From the NCBI GenBank assembly GCA_030264375.1, contig JASCQW010000061.1:71288558-71352557 (forward strand): 64,000 nt of DNA. Reading direction: 5' to 3'. The stretch comes from Carcharhinus longimanus. Lineage: Eukaryota. The position numbers and the translations under genes are program-made. Below the pieces are notes generated by a model. That model ran no database searches, was not told the DNA's origin, and was given only the letters and a program-made list of their open reading frames with translations. Of this stretch, positions 26,150-38,240 are shown piece by piece (position 1 is the stretch's first letter; every line of letters starts with the position of its first letter).

Positions 26150-27800
26150 GGAGAACATATGGGAATGCAAGGAGTTGAAAGGCAGTTTTGAAAGGAGAGG
26201 GAATCAGTGTATCAGTTAGCATGATGACTAGGAATGAAAGCTGGGTCGCTGCAGTTTTAATGAGGTAAGATCAAGAAAGCAGAGTTGTGGCACGTTGCTG
26301 AGAAGAATTTGGAGAGCGTGGAAGAGAAAGCAGGGGAAAACTGAAGTGGATAGAGCATTAAGAGAAGGATGCCATAGAGGCAGCTAATTTTTTTTTAATT
26401 CAGTCATGATATGGATACTGCTGCAAGCAATTGAGAAATAATAACAATAATCATGGATAACGTTACTCTACATGTATCAGATTGGCAAATGTAGCCTGGA
26501 AGAGTTCATATCATTTTCAGAACAATTTCTTAGAGTAGCATATACTAGCCAACCAAAGGGCAAGCTTTTCCAGATCTGGCAAAGTGCATCAAAACAAGAT
26601 TAATTAATGACCCCCTTAGTAAAACTTGCTCTAGCTAATAGTGATGATAACATGGTTGAATTTTGCATTCATTTTGAGAAAAGAGTGGCTCTATGATGAG
26701 TGTTTTGAACTCGAGTAAAGGCAATGCTGAGGATATGACAACAGAGCTAACTAAAGTGAACTGGGAAATTAGGTTCAGGCATGAGACAATGGCTGATGTT
26801 TCAGTAAGAAAGTAAGATTACGTAGGGGAAGAATATACCATCAATGACTAACTAAGGAAGTGAAGGATAGTATCAAGTTGGAAGAAAGTGTACAATTCTG
26901 GAAGATTAGTGGCAGCTTAGAGGATTGGACAGAATACAAAAAGCAAAAAAAAATCGCTGAAGAAAAAGAGGGAGAGATGTAGTGTATGAGAGAAAGATGG
27001 CTATTTATGTGAAAACAGAGTTTCTTGGGGTATTTAAAAAGGAAAAGAATAAGTGAATGTTGGTCTTCTTCAGAGCAAGTCTGGGANNNNNNNNNNNNAA
27101 CAGTAAACAAACTGAACAGGTATTTTACATTTGTATCTTTTACAGTGAAAACAAATAACATCCAGAAATAAGCGTGCATCGAGAGGTGAGGGGGGGGGGG
27201 AGGGAGGAGCTTGAAATAATTAACAATTACCAGGGAAAGGATCCTAAGAAAATTATTAGAACTGAAAGCTAACAAGTCCCAAGATCCTCATGAACTTCGG
27301 TCTTAAAAAAATTAGTAGCTGCTGAGTAATAGATGCATTGGTTTTAATTTTCCAAAATTCCCTAGATTCTAGAAATGTCCTTTCAGATTAGAAAATAGGG
27401 AATGTAACTCCTCTATTCAAGATAGGAGGGAAGACAGCAGGGAACTACAGGTGAGTTACTTAAATATATGTCATAGGAAAAATAATGGAATCTATTATTG
27501 AAGAGGTTATAGCAGAGCACTTAAAACCATGTTGACTCTAAGTGATTTCTGTGAAAGGAAAATCATATTTGACTGATTAATTGGAGTTCTTTTGAGGAAG
27601 AACAAGCAACATGGATAAAGGGGAACCAGCAGATATATTGTACTCAGATTTCCAGAAAACTTTTGACAGGGTACCATATCAAAGGTTCCTACATAAAATG
27701 ACTGCTACAGGGATCACTGCTATGGCCTCAATTATTTGTAGTCTTTATCAATAACTTGGATGGCAGGATTGAATGTATGTTTGCTAAATTTACGGTGATC
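26150..27800 (+). mobile_element. Degraded CR1 LINE ORF2 (EN to RT)
   Basis: Decayed KSxxPxxLHP, ANVTPLFKxG, GNYRxVxL and YxDFQKxFD motifs at ~27270-27680. Confidence 0.75.
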
Positions 27801-29149
27801 TCAACATCACCTTGCACTCTTCCTAAATCCTGGAATTACCTACGACTAAGGTCAGTGAGATCAATGCACAGTGAAAACAGCTTCTTCAGTGGAACTGATG
27901 AGCAGCAATGGTTTTGATCAGTGTAAGCAAAAAGCTCCAGCTATGTCCAATTAAGAAGCTGTTGTTCAAAGCACTTTCTATCCCAGAGAATGTGTTCACT
28001 GCTTGAAAAGTAATTGCAACTTCTTGCAAGGCACGTGACATAATACTTCATTCATCTTCAGCTGCACTTCACAGCTGTCACTCTTCACCATAGCATAGGA
28101 AATGCTTATACTCTAACTTACCCCTCTGCTGAGGTAAAAGAGCAAAGACCACACCACTATCAACAGGCCTAATAGCAGTGGGAGCAACATTAGCTGTCTT
28201 CTCAGCCATATCCCCCTTCAGTGGGCATGGGTTGGACACTGAGATCGAGCTGGAAAATCGTGAGATGCTCAACTCAAGGCCTTATGGCAAAGGGTCAGCT
28301 CTATTGAAACACCTTAGCCCCTCTGCTTCACAAGGTTCAGGATCTCTTGACAGATTGCTGTTGACATCTGCATCCTCCTGGAACAAGGCTTCCATTGCAG
28401 AAGAGCGGGTGGGCACATAATTCCGGTAGCAGATAAGGTGTCTGTCACTGATTGCACAATTTACCATTTCCCTGTCTCTGTTTTGCTTAAAACATGTTAC
28501 ATTTCATAAGGTTTTCCAGTTCTGGGGATATGTTATTGCCCTGAAATGTTAACTCAGGTTCTCTCACCAAAGATGCTGTCAGACATCTGAGTATTTCCAG
28601 TAATTTCTGCTTTTATGTGAATTCTCTTGTTGGAATTTCATCTGTCAAATATTAATATAATGAAGTATTGGCAAAGATAAAAATTGATAAAGAGCTGTGC
28701 AAAAATAAGAAATCTGGTTTTGATTTAGAAAGTAAGGACTACTCAGAAACAAGGTTATTCTCTCAAGAATAAGCAGTAATCTTTTCAATCTTAAAAACTA
28801 TTTAAAATAGANNNNNNNNNNNNNNNNNNNNNNNNNNNNNNNNNNNNNNNNNNNNNNNNNNNNNNNNNNNNNNNNNNNNNNNNNNNNNNNNNNNNNNNNN
28901 NNNNNNNNNNNTTTAAAAAATTCAGCTATAAAAATAGTATTTCTGCAGATGAAAATAAATGACTGATAAAGGAGCAATATTTCTACACCACAATCTGAAA
29001 GGCAAATAAATTGGAATGGTGACGTGACTGACACCAAAGCCTAAGCTAAAAGATGTCGACAAAACTCTCTTTCCTGAAGGCAATGAATGTTAGTTTTAAA
29101 TATTCTGATTTGTTGTGGGTCATTTAGTTCTTTTGTTTGGAATTGGAAA

Positions 29150-30490
29150 AATGCCGTGTTTTAAAATTAGCTAAGTTCTCACTGTTTAGTTTTAAAGGAG
29201 GGCTAGGGATGCCAAATACTAAGCTGTACCGTTTAGCCTCCCACTTTAAATTTATATGTGAATGGGTTGGGGGAGACACCTCTTCCATATGGCTTCATGT
29301 TGAAATTGATCAATCCTTGTAGCCACTTTAAGGATCCTAAAGTGGAGTTAGATAAGTGCGATAATCCTATTATTGACACTTTGAAAGCTTGGAGGATGGC
29401 TTATGAGTTGGAGGAGATCTCTAATATAACTTCCACTCTTTCTCCAATTCAGAATAATTTGGATTTCCAGTCAGAACTTATGGACCATGGTTTTGAGGTC
29501 TGGAGGTATAAAGGCCTCTAGTCTGGGGGACACGTTGGATGGCACTACACTGTGATCTTTGGAGCAGCTATGTCACCAGCTTGATATTCCAAAATAGTCC
29601 TTTTTTAGATATTTGCAACTTGAGATTCTAGGCAGAATTTTCCAGCCACACTTGTCTCAAAACCAAAAAATCCTGCCCGAGGTCAATAGACCTTTGCATG
29701 ATCTACCACCCCCATGCTCCTTCTCCCCACGACAATTCCTGTGATGAGCAGGATGGGACCTTGTGGCACAGGTTTGACCCCACCATATCCTCATTGTGCC
29801 AGAAGTGCAAGGTGGACAAGAGCAATTATCTGCATTGACCTGTGTCAAGATTAAGGCCTATTGCTTTGATGTTCTTATATAGCTTGAGAGGCTCTTTGAT
29901 TACAGCCTTAGAGTTTGATCCCTTGCATCTAATATTAAATCTCCTAGACACGAAGGTCAATAATACAGAATGGGGAAAAAAACTACCATATCTTAACATT
30001 TACAAGGAAGAAAATTATTTTCTCATGGATTAATGATACGCCTCCTTCAATTCAGATTTGGCATAAAATCATTTTGGAATGTATAAGCAATGGAATTTTT
30101 GACTTGTTTACTTTGAGCTAAATCGGATACATTCCATAAAGTTTGGGATTCTTATCTTAAAGTTTTGGGCTCCACATTGTCGAGTTTACTCCAGCAAAGT
30201 TTTCCATAAGTTCTATGGCTCTGTTGCTGTTATCCTGTGAACTTGATTCTGTGCTGCTGAACCCTGTGTGGCTGCATCCTGTTACTTCCACCTCCCATCC
30301 TTCAATATATCCTTTTGTAAGGTGGGAGACCCTGTTTAATTAATAATCTAAACCAACTGTATTGGTAACTTTTTTTCTCTCTTCCCAGATGTATTTATTA
30401 GAAAATGATCCTGCTGTACTGTATCAATCTTAGCATTTGTTGCATTTGTATATAAAATGAAAAATCTTCCATAAAAACATACTTTAAAAA
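29150..30490 (+). mobile_element. Degraded L1/Tx1-type LINE 3' portion, interrupted by a MITE at ~29631-29760
   Basis: KGGLGMPN motif (GGLxLPN of L1-clade ORF2 C-terminus), Trp-rich C-terminal remnants, A-rich end near 30490. Confidence 0.6.
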
Positions 30491-30654
30491 AATTCAGATT
30501 TGTTCTGTTGACTTCATCAACACCCAGCTGAAATTTTAAACTGGGATCTGCATTGGAAAACCATCGTGCCTTTTGTTGATTTGCTGTCCAGGTCAGGCTG
30601 GAACCTGAGAAAGTTGAAACAGATATAGCTTTTCCTTTTTTTATTATTATTCAT

Positions 30655-30845
30655 GGGTGAGATTCTCTGGCTTCCCCTCAGCGAATGTTTCAACAGCAGG
30701 ACATGGCACGCTATTCACTGATGGTGGGATGCTCTGGGAATTCCCACTGAAGACATTCTACTGTGCCAAGAAATCCAAGGCAAGAGTTGTGCCACTGGTG
30801 CCATGAGAGAATCCCGGCAGCATGAACAGATGGAGAGTTCCGGCC
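30655..30845. mobile_element. MITE with GGNNRGATTCTC-type terminal inverted repeats (probably Harbinger-derived)
   Basis: GGGTGAGATTCTCTGG start and GGAGAGTTCCGGCC end. Reverse-complement relative at 62205-62411. Confidence 0.6.
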
Positions 30846-31624
30846 TTTGTGGATCAGGAGGAGTGAGCAGTTCTGAACTGGCTGCTGGGGAAGAATCTTT
30901 TGGGTTCCCAGTGGCAGCCTCCTATCATTTTGATGTCCCAGTTCTTCACTATGTGCTGTGGGCTGACTACATCCGTGCAGATTCCTTTGGTAATACTAAT
31001 GCACGAACCATGTACAACATCTTTTTCTTGATTCTCTTTTTGTCCTCAATGAAGTTAATGAGTCACATGAAGCACATGCTTATACCTGTTTCTGTAGCTA
31101 GTTTTTCCTGGAACAAGTTGCTAATCTCCAGAGGCCGTAGCTTGAGGGGTACCACTCCATATTGAGCATGTACTCTCCAGCTCTTCCCACCTACCATTGG
31201 TGTAATGAAAGTAATTTTACAGACTGATAATCAACCTTTTTGACCTCATTATTAATGCACCTTCCATGGCCATCAAGTCCTGGAGTGGGACTCAAACCAA
31301 GAGCTTCTGGTTTAGAGGCAAGGATGCTACCCACTACACCACAAGACCACTAAATCTACTGGGGTAGTAACTTCGACTTCTGCGCACAGCAAGTTTATGT
31401 TGACAGCACATTAATTCAAAGTCTGGTGCAATCAATACAAGTCAAACATCATCCTTGCTATTGTCAATTGCATATTATGCTCAGTTGTGAAAAAGGAATT
31501 TCATGTGTAAATGTTTTCAAAAACCATTTGGAGGGAAATCTGTACATACTGATGAAATAGCTTGTAAGACAGAATAATATAGGCCGATCATATAGTATGT
31601 TAACTGCAAGTGGCTATTGAAAGT

Positions 31625-32400
31625 GTTGTGAGAGAAGGAGTTCCAGGATTCTGAACCAGCAACAATGAAGAAATGATTATATATTTCCAAGTCAGGATTA
31701 GTAACTTGGAGGGCGACTTCCAGGTAAGTGGTGTTCCTATGTCTCTGTTGTCCTAGATCTTCTAGATGATAATGGTCGTGGGTTTGGAAGGTGCTACTTA
31801 AGGGGTCTTAGTAAGTTCCTGAAGTGCATCTTCCAGATGATACACAAGGCTGCCACTGTTCATTGGTACTGGAGTGAAAGTCTGTGGAAGGCGTAACAAT
31901 CCACTGGGTTGCTTTGTCCTGAGATTTTTCAGTGTTGTTGGAGCTGCACTCATCCAGGCAAGTGGAGTGTATTTCATTACATTCCTGACTTATGCCTTGT
32001 GGATGATAGGCAGGCAAGTTACTTTCTGCAGGATTCCTAGCCTCTCAACTGCTGTTGTAACCACAGTATTTTTATGGCCAGTCCAATTCTGTTTCTGGTA
32101 AATGGTAACCCCCAGATGTTGATGGTGCGGAGATTCAGCAATGGTAATGCCATTGAATGTCAAGGGGTGATGGTTAGATTCTTTTTGTTACAGATGGTCA
32201 TTGCCTGGCACCTGTGTGGCACAAATGTTACTTGTCATTTGTCAGCCCAAGCCTGGGGTATTGTCCAGATCTTACCGCATTTGGACATGAATTGCTTCAA
32301 AATCTGAGGAGTTGTGAACATTGTGCAGTTAGCAAGAAAGGTCCCCACTTCTGACCTTACGATGAAAGGAAGGTCATTGATGAAGCAGCTGAAAATTGCT
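31625..32400 (-). mobile_element. RTE/RTEX-like LINE 3' fragment
   Basis: Minus-strand LADxCT, QAWADKWQVTF and YKAxVRxVMxY-like RT C-terminal motifs. Confidence 0.7.
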
Positions 32401-32779
32401 TGCTCGAATATGTGATCGAGGGACCCGGCTTGGGAAGCAGAGGTGCTGCTGAAAATCATTGCCCTTTGCCTCTGACCTTCCTCCGCCCCATCCCATAACC
32501 CCCTCACTTCGCAATCCTGCCCTCACTTGCCTTTGACTGGGTCCTTCATTGATCCTGGGCTTCCGGTGGGTTCATTGCTGGGTGGCTGCCACCACTCCTG
32601 ACAGACATTTAATCTGGCAGACCTTCCCCATCGACTCTTTAGTTGGTGGGCGAGGCCCTCACTATTTGCATTAAATCCAACCCATCTAATCTGATGCAAG
32701 GAATACTATCTTCAGGGTTGATATCCTAAATGCAGTATCTTTGTATTGCAATAAAAACTGTACTTAAATAAAGACACAA

Positions 32780-33775
32780 GACAAAATTACTCATGAACTG
32801 ATGTGGTTTTACTGCATTTGGCCAATCATTAATTCAAAATGAACTAATCCATACAAAATTCAACCGGGTTTCACACCTTCTGCCCAATTATCATGGTTTA
32901 CCCAACAAACAGAATATTTCAAATAGATCACGGTGTTTTCTTTGCTGTAGATGTGGACCTTGCCTTCTGCTAAGATTACTTTGTTTATCCAGGTCCGAAT
33001 GCAGTTATTAAAAACACTCAGTTGATGCACACAGTGGGTTGTACAACACACAGAATGGGTGTAGATGTGCTTCACAGAACAGATGAGCAAAGGGTACAAA
33101 ATGTTACTGCTAGGCAAGACACCTCAAATTTCTGTGATGGTAATGAAAATCAAACACCTTAACTGCTTTCCTGGAGTATAATCTTATAACCTCTACTGAT
33201 CAGTGCTAACATCAGTTCATGTATCAATAAGCATTTTTCTTTGTGATTCAGCCTTTGCATACAACTCTTGAGTAGCAGTCTGTATCTTAATCATATATAT
33301 GCATATAGAATGACAAATGCTTATATCAGCATAAAAAGATAAGCTGAATGACTATATATGAAGACAACAACTACAACTCTCACGGCACTGCCATTGGTTA
33401 ACTTTAAATACTCAAGCATCATAAAAGCTGAAACTAAAGCTACACTAAGAAAAATTGGTGGTTACTGTAACAATGGTGAAGTATTTATAGCCAATGGTGG
33501 TGAATCTTATCAATTTTTTACAAAATCACTTTCCACTAAAAATTGATATGAGTTCAGCAGCATGATAGCAAATCTACTGCTAACAAGCAACCAACACAAG
33601 TATTTATTTCTCTTTGCAAAGGGGAATCTATACAGTCTGGTCATTTCCCTTGTGAATTAACAGTACCATGCATTTTTTTTTCACTTGCAATCTGTTAGTG
33701 TTGTCTTCACATAAATTCATATAATGGTATTGGTCATTTCCTCATACACATACACCCTATCGCGTGTTGACAGGT
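32780..33775 (-). other. STAU2: Probable STAU2 3' UTR (~1 kb) with candidate poly(A) signals AATAAA (33608-33603) and AGTAAA (32813-32808)
   Basis: Repeat-free block downstream of the stop. Both hexamers are followed on the minus strand by U/GU-rich tracts. Confidence 0.55.
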
Positions 33776-33908
33776 TTATAAGGATGCAGCGGCAGCCGTG
33801 GGTGCTACAGGCTCCTTGACGACAGCCTTTGAATCCTTGCAGTCCTGAGCTGTGGTGCCTGAGTTAGCCTGTTTATGATCTGCTTTCTGTGCCAGATGTT
33901 TGACTTGT
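33776..33908 (-). CDS. STAU2: STAU2 terminal coding exon, 133 nt: (I)QVKHLAQKADHKQANSGTTAQDCKDSKAVVKEPVAPTAAAASL*
   Basis: Minus-strand TCATCTTTGCAG acceptor. Phase 2 joins exon 42436-42524 in frame. QxKHLxxKAD...AQDCK motif of the STAU2 long-isoform C-terminus. TAA at 33778-33776. Confidence 0.92.
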
Positions 33909-34639
33909 CTGCAAAGATGAATTGATCTAAATTAGTTTTTTTTAAAAAAAACATGAATCACATGATATCAATGTATTTAAATAGATTACAAAGATATTTA
34001 ACAGTGAACACATGATTATAAAATAGTGGAATATTACAACATAAATATATTTATGAATATAGCAAAAATTAACAGAGAGAAACATAATCATTCTGGATGT
34101 TTTAACAAATCAAATATTAAAAATGTGTTCTTGGTTTAGAAGAAATTTTCTTGAGTTCTTGTTAGTTATTTTTCATGCTGTTTCATGCTATTTTTCATGC
34201 ATGTTATTTTTCATTTTTTTCAGAAATTGGGCTAATGCAGGCTATTGGGTACATCATCCCATAGAAGGTTTGCAAAATCTGTCCTATGTACTCCCTATGG
34301 GACCTTTAATATGACTTATAATAACATTGAAACAGTACACTTACTGCATGAAATTATAACCCTGCTTCAAAAAATTAAATTGCAAATCCTTTTTCCCTGA
34401 CCTGCTACCATTTTAAAGATTTTCTGTTTTTATTTCAGATTTCCAGTATCTGCAGGATTTTGCTTTTACATGAAATAATAGTTGTGCTGACATTCTGAAA
34501 TATCAAGTGTACATATGTGGAAAGGCAAAGACTGGCTTGGCTTGATATCTGCAATGGTCAAACAGCCTCACAACATTCACAATCTTGGCTCACACACTGC
34601 TCATGTGGTAACGTAGTAAATACCTTCCAGCATGATGGT

Positions 34640-35148
34640 AGAAGTCAAATCTTCAGATTCCCTGGTTGGTGCTGAGCTTCTTGAGTGGTGCTGGAGTTGC
34701 ACTCTTCCAGGCAATTGGAGCGTATGCCATCACACTCCTGAGCTGTGACTGGTAGGGGGTGGACAGACTTTGGGGAGTTAGGAGATGAGTTACTCAATGC
34801 AGTGAGTGACTGACCTACTCTTGTAGCCATAGTATTTATATATACAGGCCAGTTCAGTTTCTGGTCAATGATAACTGCCAGAATGTTGATAGTGGGAGGT
34901 TCAGCAATAGTAATGCATTGAATGTCAAGGGGTGACGGTTAGATTTTCTCTTGTTGGTGATGGTCATTTCATAGTACTTGTGTGGTATGAATGTTACTTG
35001 CTACTTGTCAGCCCAATCCTGGCTTTTGTCCAAATCTTACTGTATTTGGACATGGCCTGTTTTAATATCTAAGGAGTCACGAATGGTGCTGAACATTGTG
35101 CATCAGTGAACATCATCACTTTTGACCTCATGATGGAAGGAGTGCTAT
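34640..35148 (-). mobile_element. RTE/RTEX-like LINE fragment
   Basis: Clearly homologous to 31900-32380 (WADKxQVTF, PLTFN). Confidence 0.7.
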
Positions 35149-35299
35149 TGTTTAAACAATTCAGAGAAGTCAGCACCACTGATGGCCTTTGCAAGGGTAC
35201 AGAGGTGGGCTCTATTGTTAGCAGCGCACAGTTCTACATTTCAGCACTGCCCAGGGTCACAAGTACCAAATGTGGAAACACTCAGCCATTTGTCCTCAC

Positions 35300-36998
35300 T
35301 GCAGACAATATCTTCACCACTGGCCCAGCACCTGGTAGAGACTTTGCTAGCCTCAGCTAAACACATAAAAACTTGAATGGAAAGAGACCAAGTCTTATTG
35401 AAAGTAAGAAAATGGTGATGCGAAGTTGGCAATAAATAAGTCAGAATACTTGAACCTTACCCACAAAGGAGAATGGAGATAACATATGAAGCTGATGTGT
35501 TATTGTCCCACCCCAAGGGAGATGACTTTTATTACAGGAATTGCATGACTCACATCCAGGACAAAGCAGGATGAAAGCACTCACTCAAAGTTATGTTTGG
35601 TGGCTGGGCATTGATAAAGAAATCGAAAAAATAGTCAATGCCTCAGTTATGATGCCTAACTGGCATTGCCACCACTGGCAAATATGCATCCTTGGGAGTG
35701 ACCAAGCAGGTCCTGGGCAGGAATACATATAGTCTTTGCCAGGCCCTTCATGGGACACGTGTTTCTTATATTAGCGGATATGCATTTTAAATGGTTAAAT
35801 ATCCAACTAATGAACTCCACAATGGCCACTGCCACATTGACAAATTGAGGAAAATCTTTGCTCTCCATGCCATCTTAAAGGTCTTTGTGTCAGACAATGG
35901 CACATTATTTACAATGGAGCAGTTTCAAAAATTTGTTAAATTAAATGGTATTTGTCACATTAGATCAGTATCTGATCATCCACCCTCAAGTGGGTTAGCA
36001 GAATGCACCTTACGAACATTCAAATCATCAGTGAAATAACAAGTTATTAGGCTTCCACCTCTACATATAGCCAGTTCCTTGTTGACATACAATATTACAC
36101 CAAATCTGACCACAGAGTCACAGCAGCTGAGCTACTAGTGGGACACTGCTCATATACACGGTTAGATATGATATTTCCAGATTTGGTGGGGAGGATGGAG
36201 ATGAGACAAACCTCTCAACGAAAATCGCGATTCAAGACAATAAGTTATCCAAGTTGATGATTTAGTTCTGGTCAGAAACTTTGCAGCAAGACCAACATAA
36301 GTGGCTGGAAAGTTTGTGGAAAAAACAGGACCGGTGTCTTATGTTGTAAAGATAGATGGTTGTTGTGTCATGAAACATGTAGAACACTTGAGGAAGCAGC
36401 TGGATCTATACAGAGATTCAACAGCCAAACCCTGCAGTAAATTCGGGTTCATCAGGAGTCTCATTTGTAAATGTAGAACTGGAGCAATTAGCATTTTCTT
36501 AACTCAGCAGCTACAGAGGAGGATCATGAGCCCAGATTGATGAGTTTGCCTTTTGCAACTGTCCAACCAGACCCTTCCTTTCCTGAAGAGCATAACACAA
36601 AATTGAGACATTATACCAGGGTTTGGAAATCCATGGATCAACTTATGATGAGTTTTTCTGGGTATTCCTGACGTGTATTGTAATTTGCATGCCGATGTTA
36701 ATGAAGTTCTTTTTTGTTTCATCCATTGGTGAACACAGGAACTGGAGGGGGGAAGGAGTGTGATAGTGTGACCCCTTGAAGGGGGTGATCCCTAACGACC
36801 ATATCATTGGGCTAGACCCTGCGGAGTATCAAGACGGGTGGCAAAGATGCGTGTTCTGGGAGGGGGAAGATCCTCAGTTGGAGCCAGGGAGGAGTGAAGA
36901 ATCATTGCATATTTAATAGTCAGATTCCTGCTTGTAAATAACTATTTTATCGTTGGTAACCACTTTGAGCCACAACGAGTCAACCTCAAACTACTACA
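35300..36998 (+). mobile_element. Gypsy (Mag/K02A2.6-like) LTR retrotransposon 3' portion: decayed integrase, PPT (36744-36758) and 3' LTR (36759-36998)
   Basis: HxxHPG..RMKAL..YVWW zinc-finger motif, FAGPFMG, VSDNG and HPxSxGLAE integrase core. Polypurine tract followed by TG...CA. Confidence 0.85.
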
Positions 36999-37224
36999 GT
37001 GGGATAAATTGTCAACTTACTTCTTGGCCATAAAATTAGCACTGTGAATATCCTGCCTGTTATAGAAACCACCTGATTTTCTTTTTAAATGATTTCAATG
37101 GATATGGAAACAGGTGAATTCTGTAACGGGAATATTTTACAGAACATCCTTGCTGCTTTTGGTTGAGGGCACACACTGATCAGGTTTAATTATTGCATGC
37201 TGTAAGTTCTGAGTGAAATCTTGC

Positions 37225-37470
37225 CTCACCAGAACTAGGGGATACAATTTAAAAATGAGGCATCTCCCATTTAAGATTGAGATGAGGAAATTTTTTTTCT
37301 CTCAGATGGCCGTTAGTCTGTGGAATTCTCTTCCCCAGTGAATGATGGAAGTAGGGTTATTAATTATTTTTAGATCCTTGCCTGGTAACAGTAAATCAGA
37401 CGTGATCTTATCAAATGGAGAAAACTCGAGGGACTAAATGGCCTACTCCTGATCTGGATACAGATGTTTC
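37225..37470 (+). mobile_element. CR1 LINE 3' end
   Basis: TRGxxLK..FKxEMRxxFFSQxxVxLWNSLP motif plus GGACTAAATGGCCTACTCCT tail. Confidence 0.75.
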
Positions 37471-38159
37471 CATGTCAGTCTTAAAGTAACATCACAACAG
37501 CTGCTGATGGTCACACAGCTAATACAACATGTTTAACACAAATTTGAAACATTGTGAATATTTATTACTGCAAGAATTCAGGCCCCTGATGGCTGATCTA
37601 AAAAGACCAGGGGCTGCATCTCGTGGGGGGCATATTGCTCGCAACCACATCCTTTTGCAAGAGTCAGCCGGCAGCCAACGCACCTAAAGGTAGCTCAGCC
37701 TGCAGCCATAACATGTTGCTAGTGGGCTAAACAAGCAGAGTGTGGATTTCCACCCCTCAGCAGGAGGTTATCCCACCCTCAAGAGCTACAGCTAATCAGA
37801 CTGGCTGACAGCTCCAGCAATCCCAGCAGCTCCAGAACTGACACTGCTGGAACTGCCAGAAGGTCCATAGTTGAAAGCAGTAATGGATCCTGGAGAGAGG
37901 TAAGTTAGGGTATTGGACAGGGAAGGTTCTGGAAACCTAGGGAAGGGGGCAAGGACATGGGCTTGGAGACCAGACAGGTCTCCAAAAAGGGGCATCATCA
38001 TGGGGAGGGAATGCCTCTGAAGGGCGTATCTCATTCCTTCCCACTTTTTAAGCAATTGCCTTAAAAATGCAGCAGCTCACTCCTTCCCACCCACCTACCC
38101 ACAGCAGATGTTGACAATGTATTATTCTGGTCAATTGGCTTTTAGAGAAAGAAAACCTT

Positions 38160-38240
38160 GCAGGTTCAGCAAGAGGGGCCAAAAAAGCACCGAGAGGTCA
38201 GCAAGCAAAGAGGCCAAAAAAGCAGCAAGAGGTCAGAGGC
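38160..38240 (+). repeat. Short imperfect tandem duplication (~35-bp unit, GGTCAGCAAG..GGCCAAAAAAGCA)
   Basis: Two and a bit copies visible directly. Confidence 0.6.

Larger units (their letters stand above)
22228..28911. other. Cluster of assembly gaps (N at 22228-22341, 23701-23800, 24689-24719, 25484-25826, 27087-27098, 28812-28911); smaller gaps also near 53302 and 61247
   Basis: N runs seen directly. Two are exactly 100 N, suggesting placeholder gaps of unknown size. Confidence 0.98.

Noticed and set aside
27895-27925. CTGATGA as a hammerhead core or snoRNA box C
   Set aside because: No properly placed stem II/GAAA, and no convincing box D with a terminal stem.
30803-31165. 120-aa plus-strand ORF
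   Set aside because: Starts inside a MITE, with no recognisable domain or splice support on this strand.
32860-33117. 85-aa minus-strand ORF
   Set aside because: Non-ATG start, lies within the probable STAU2 3' UTR, no recognisable product.
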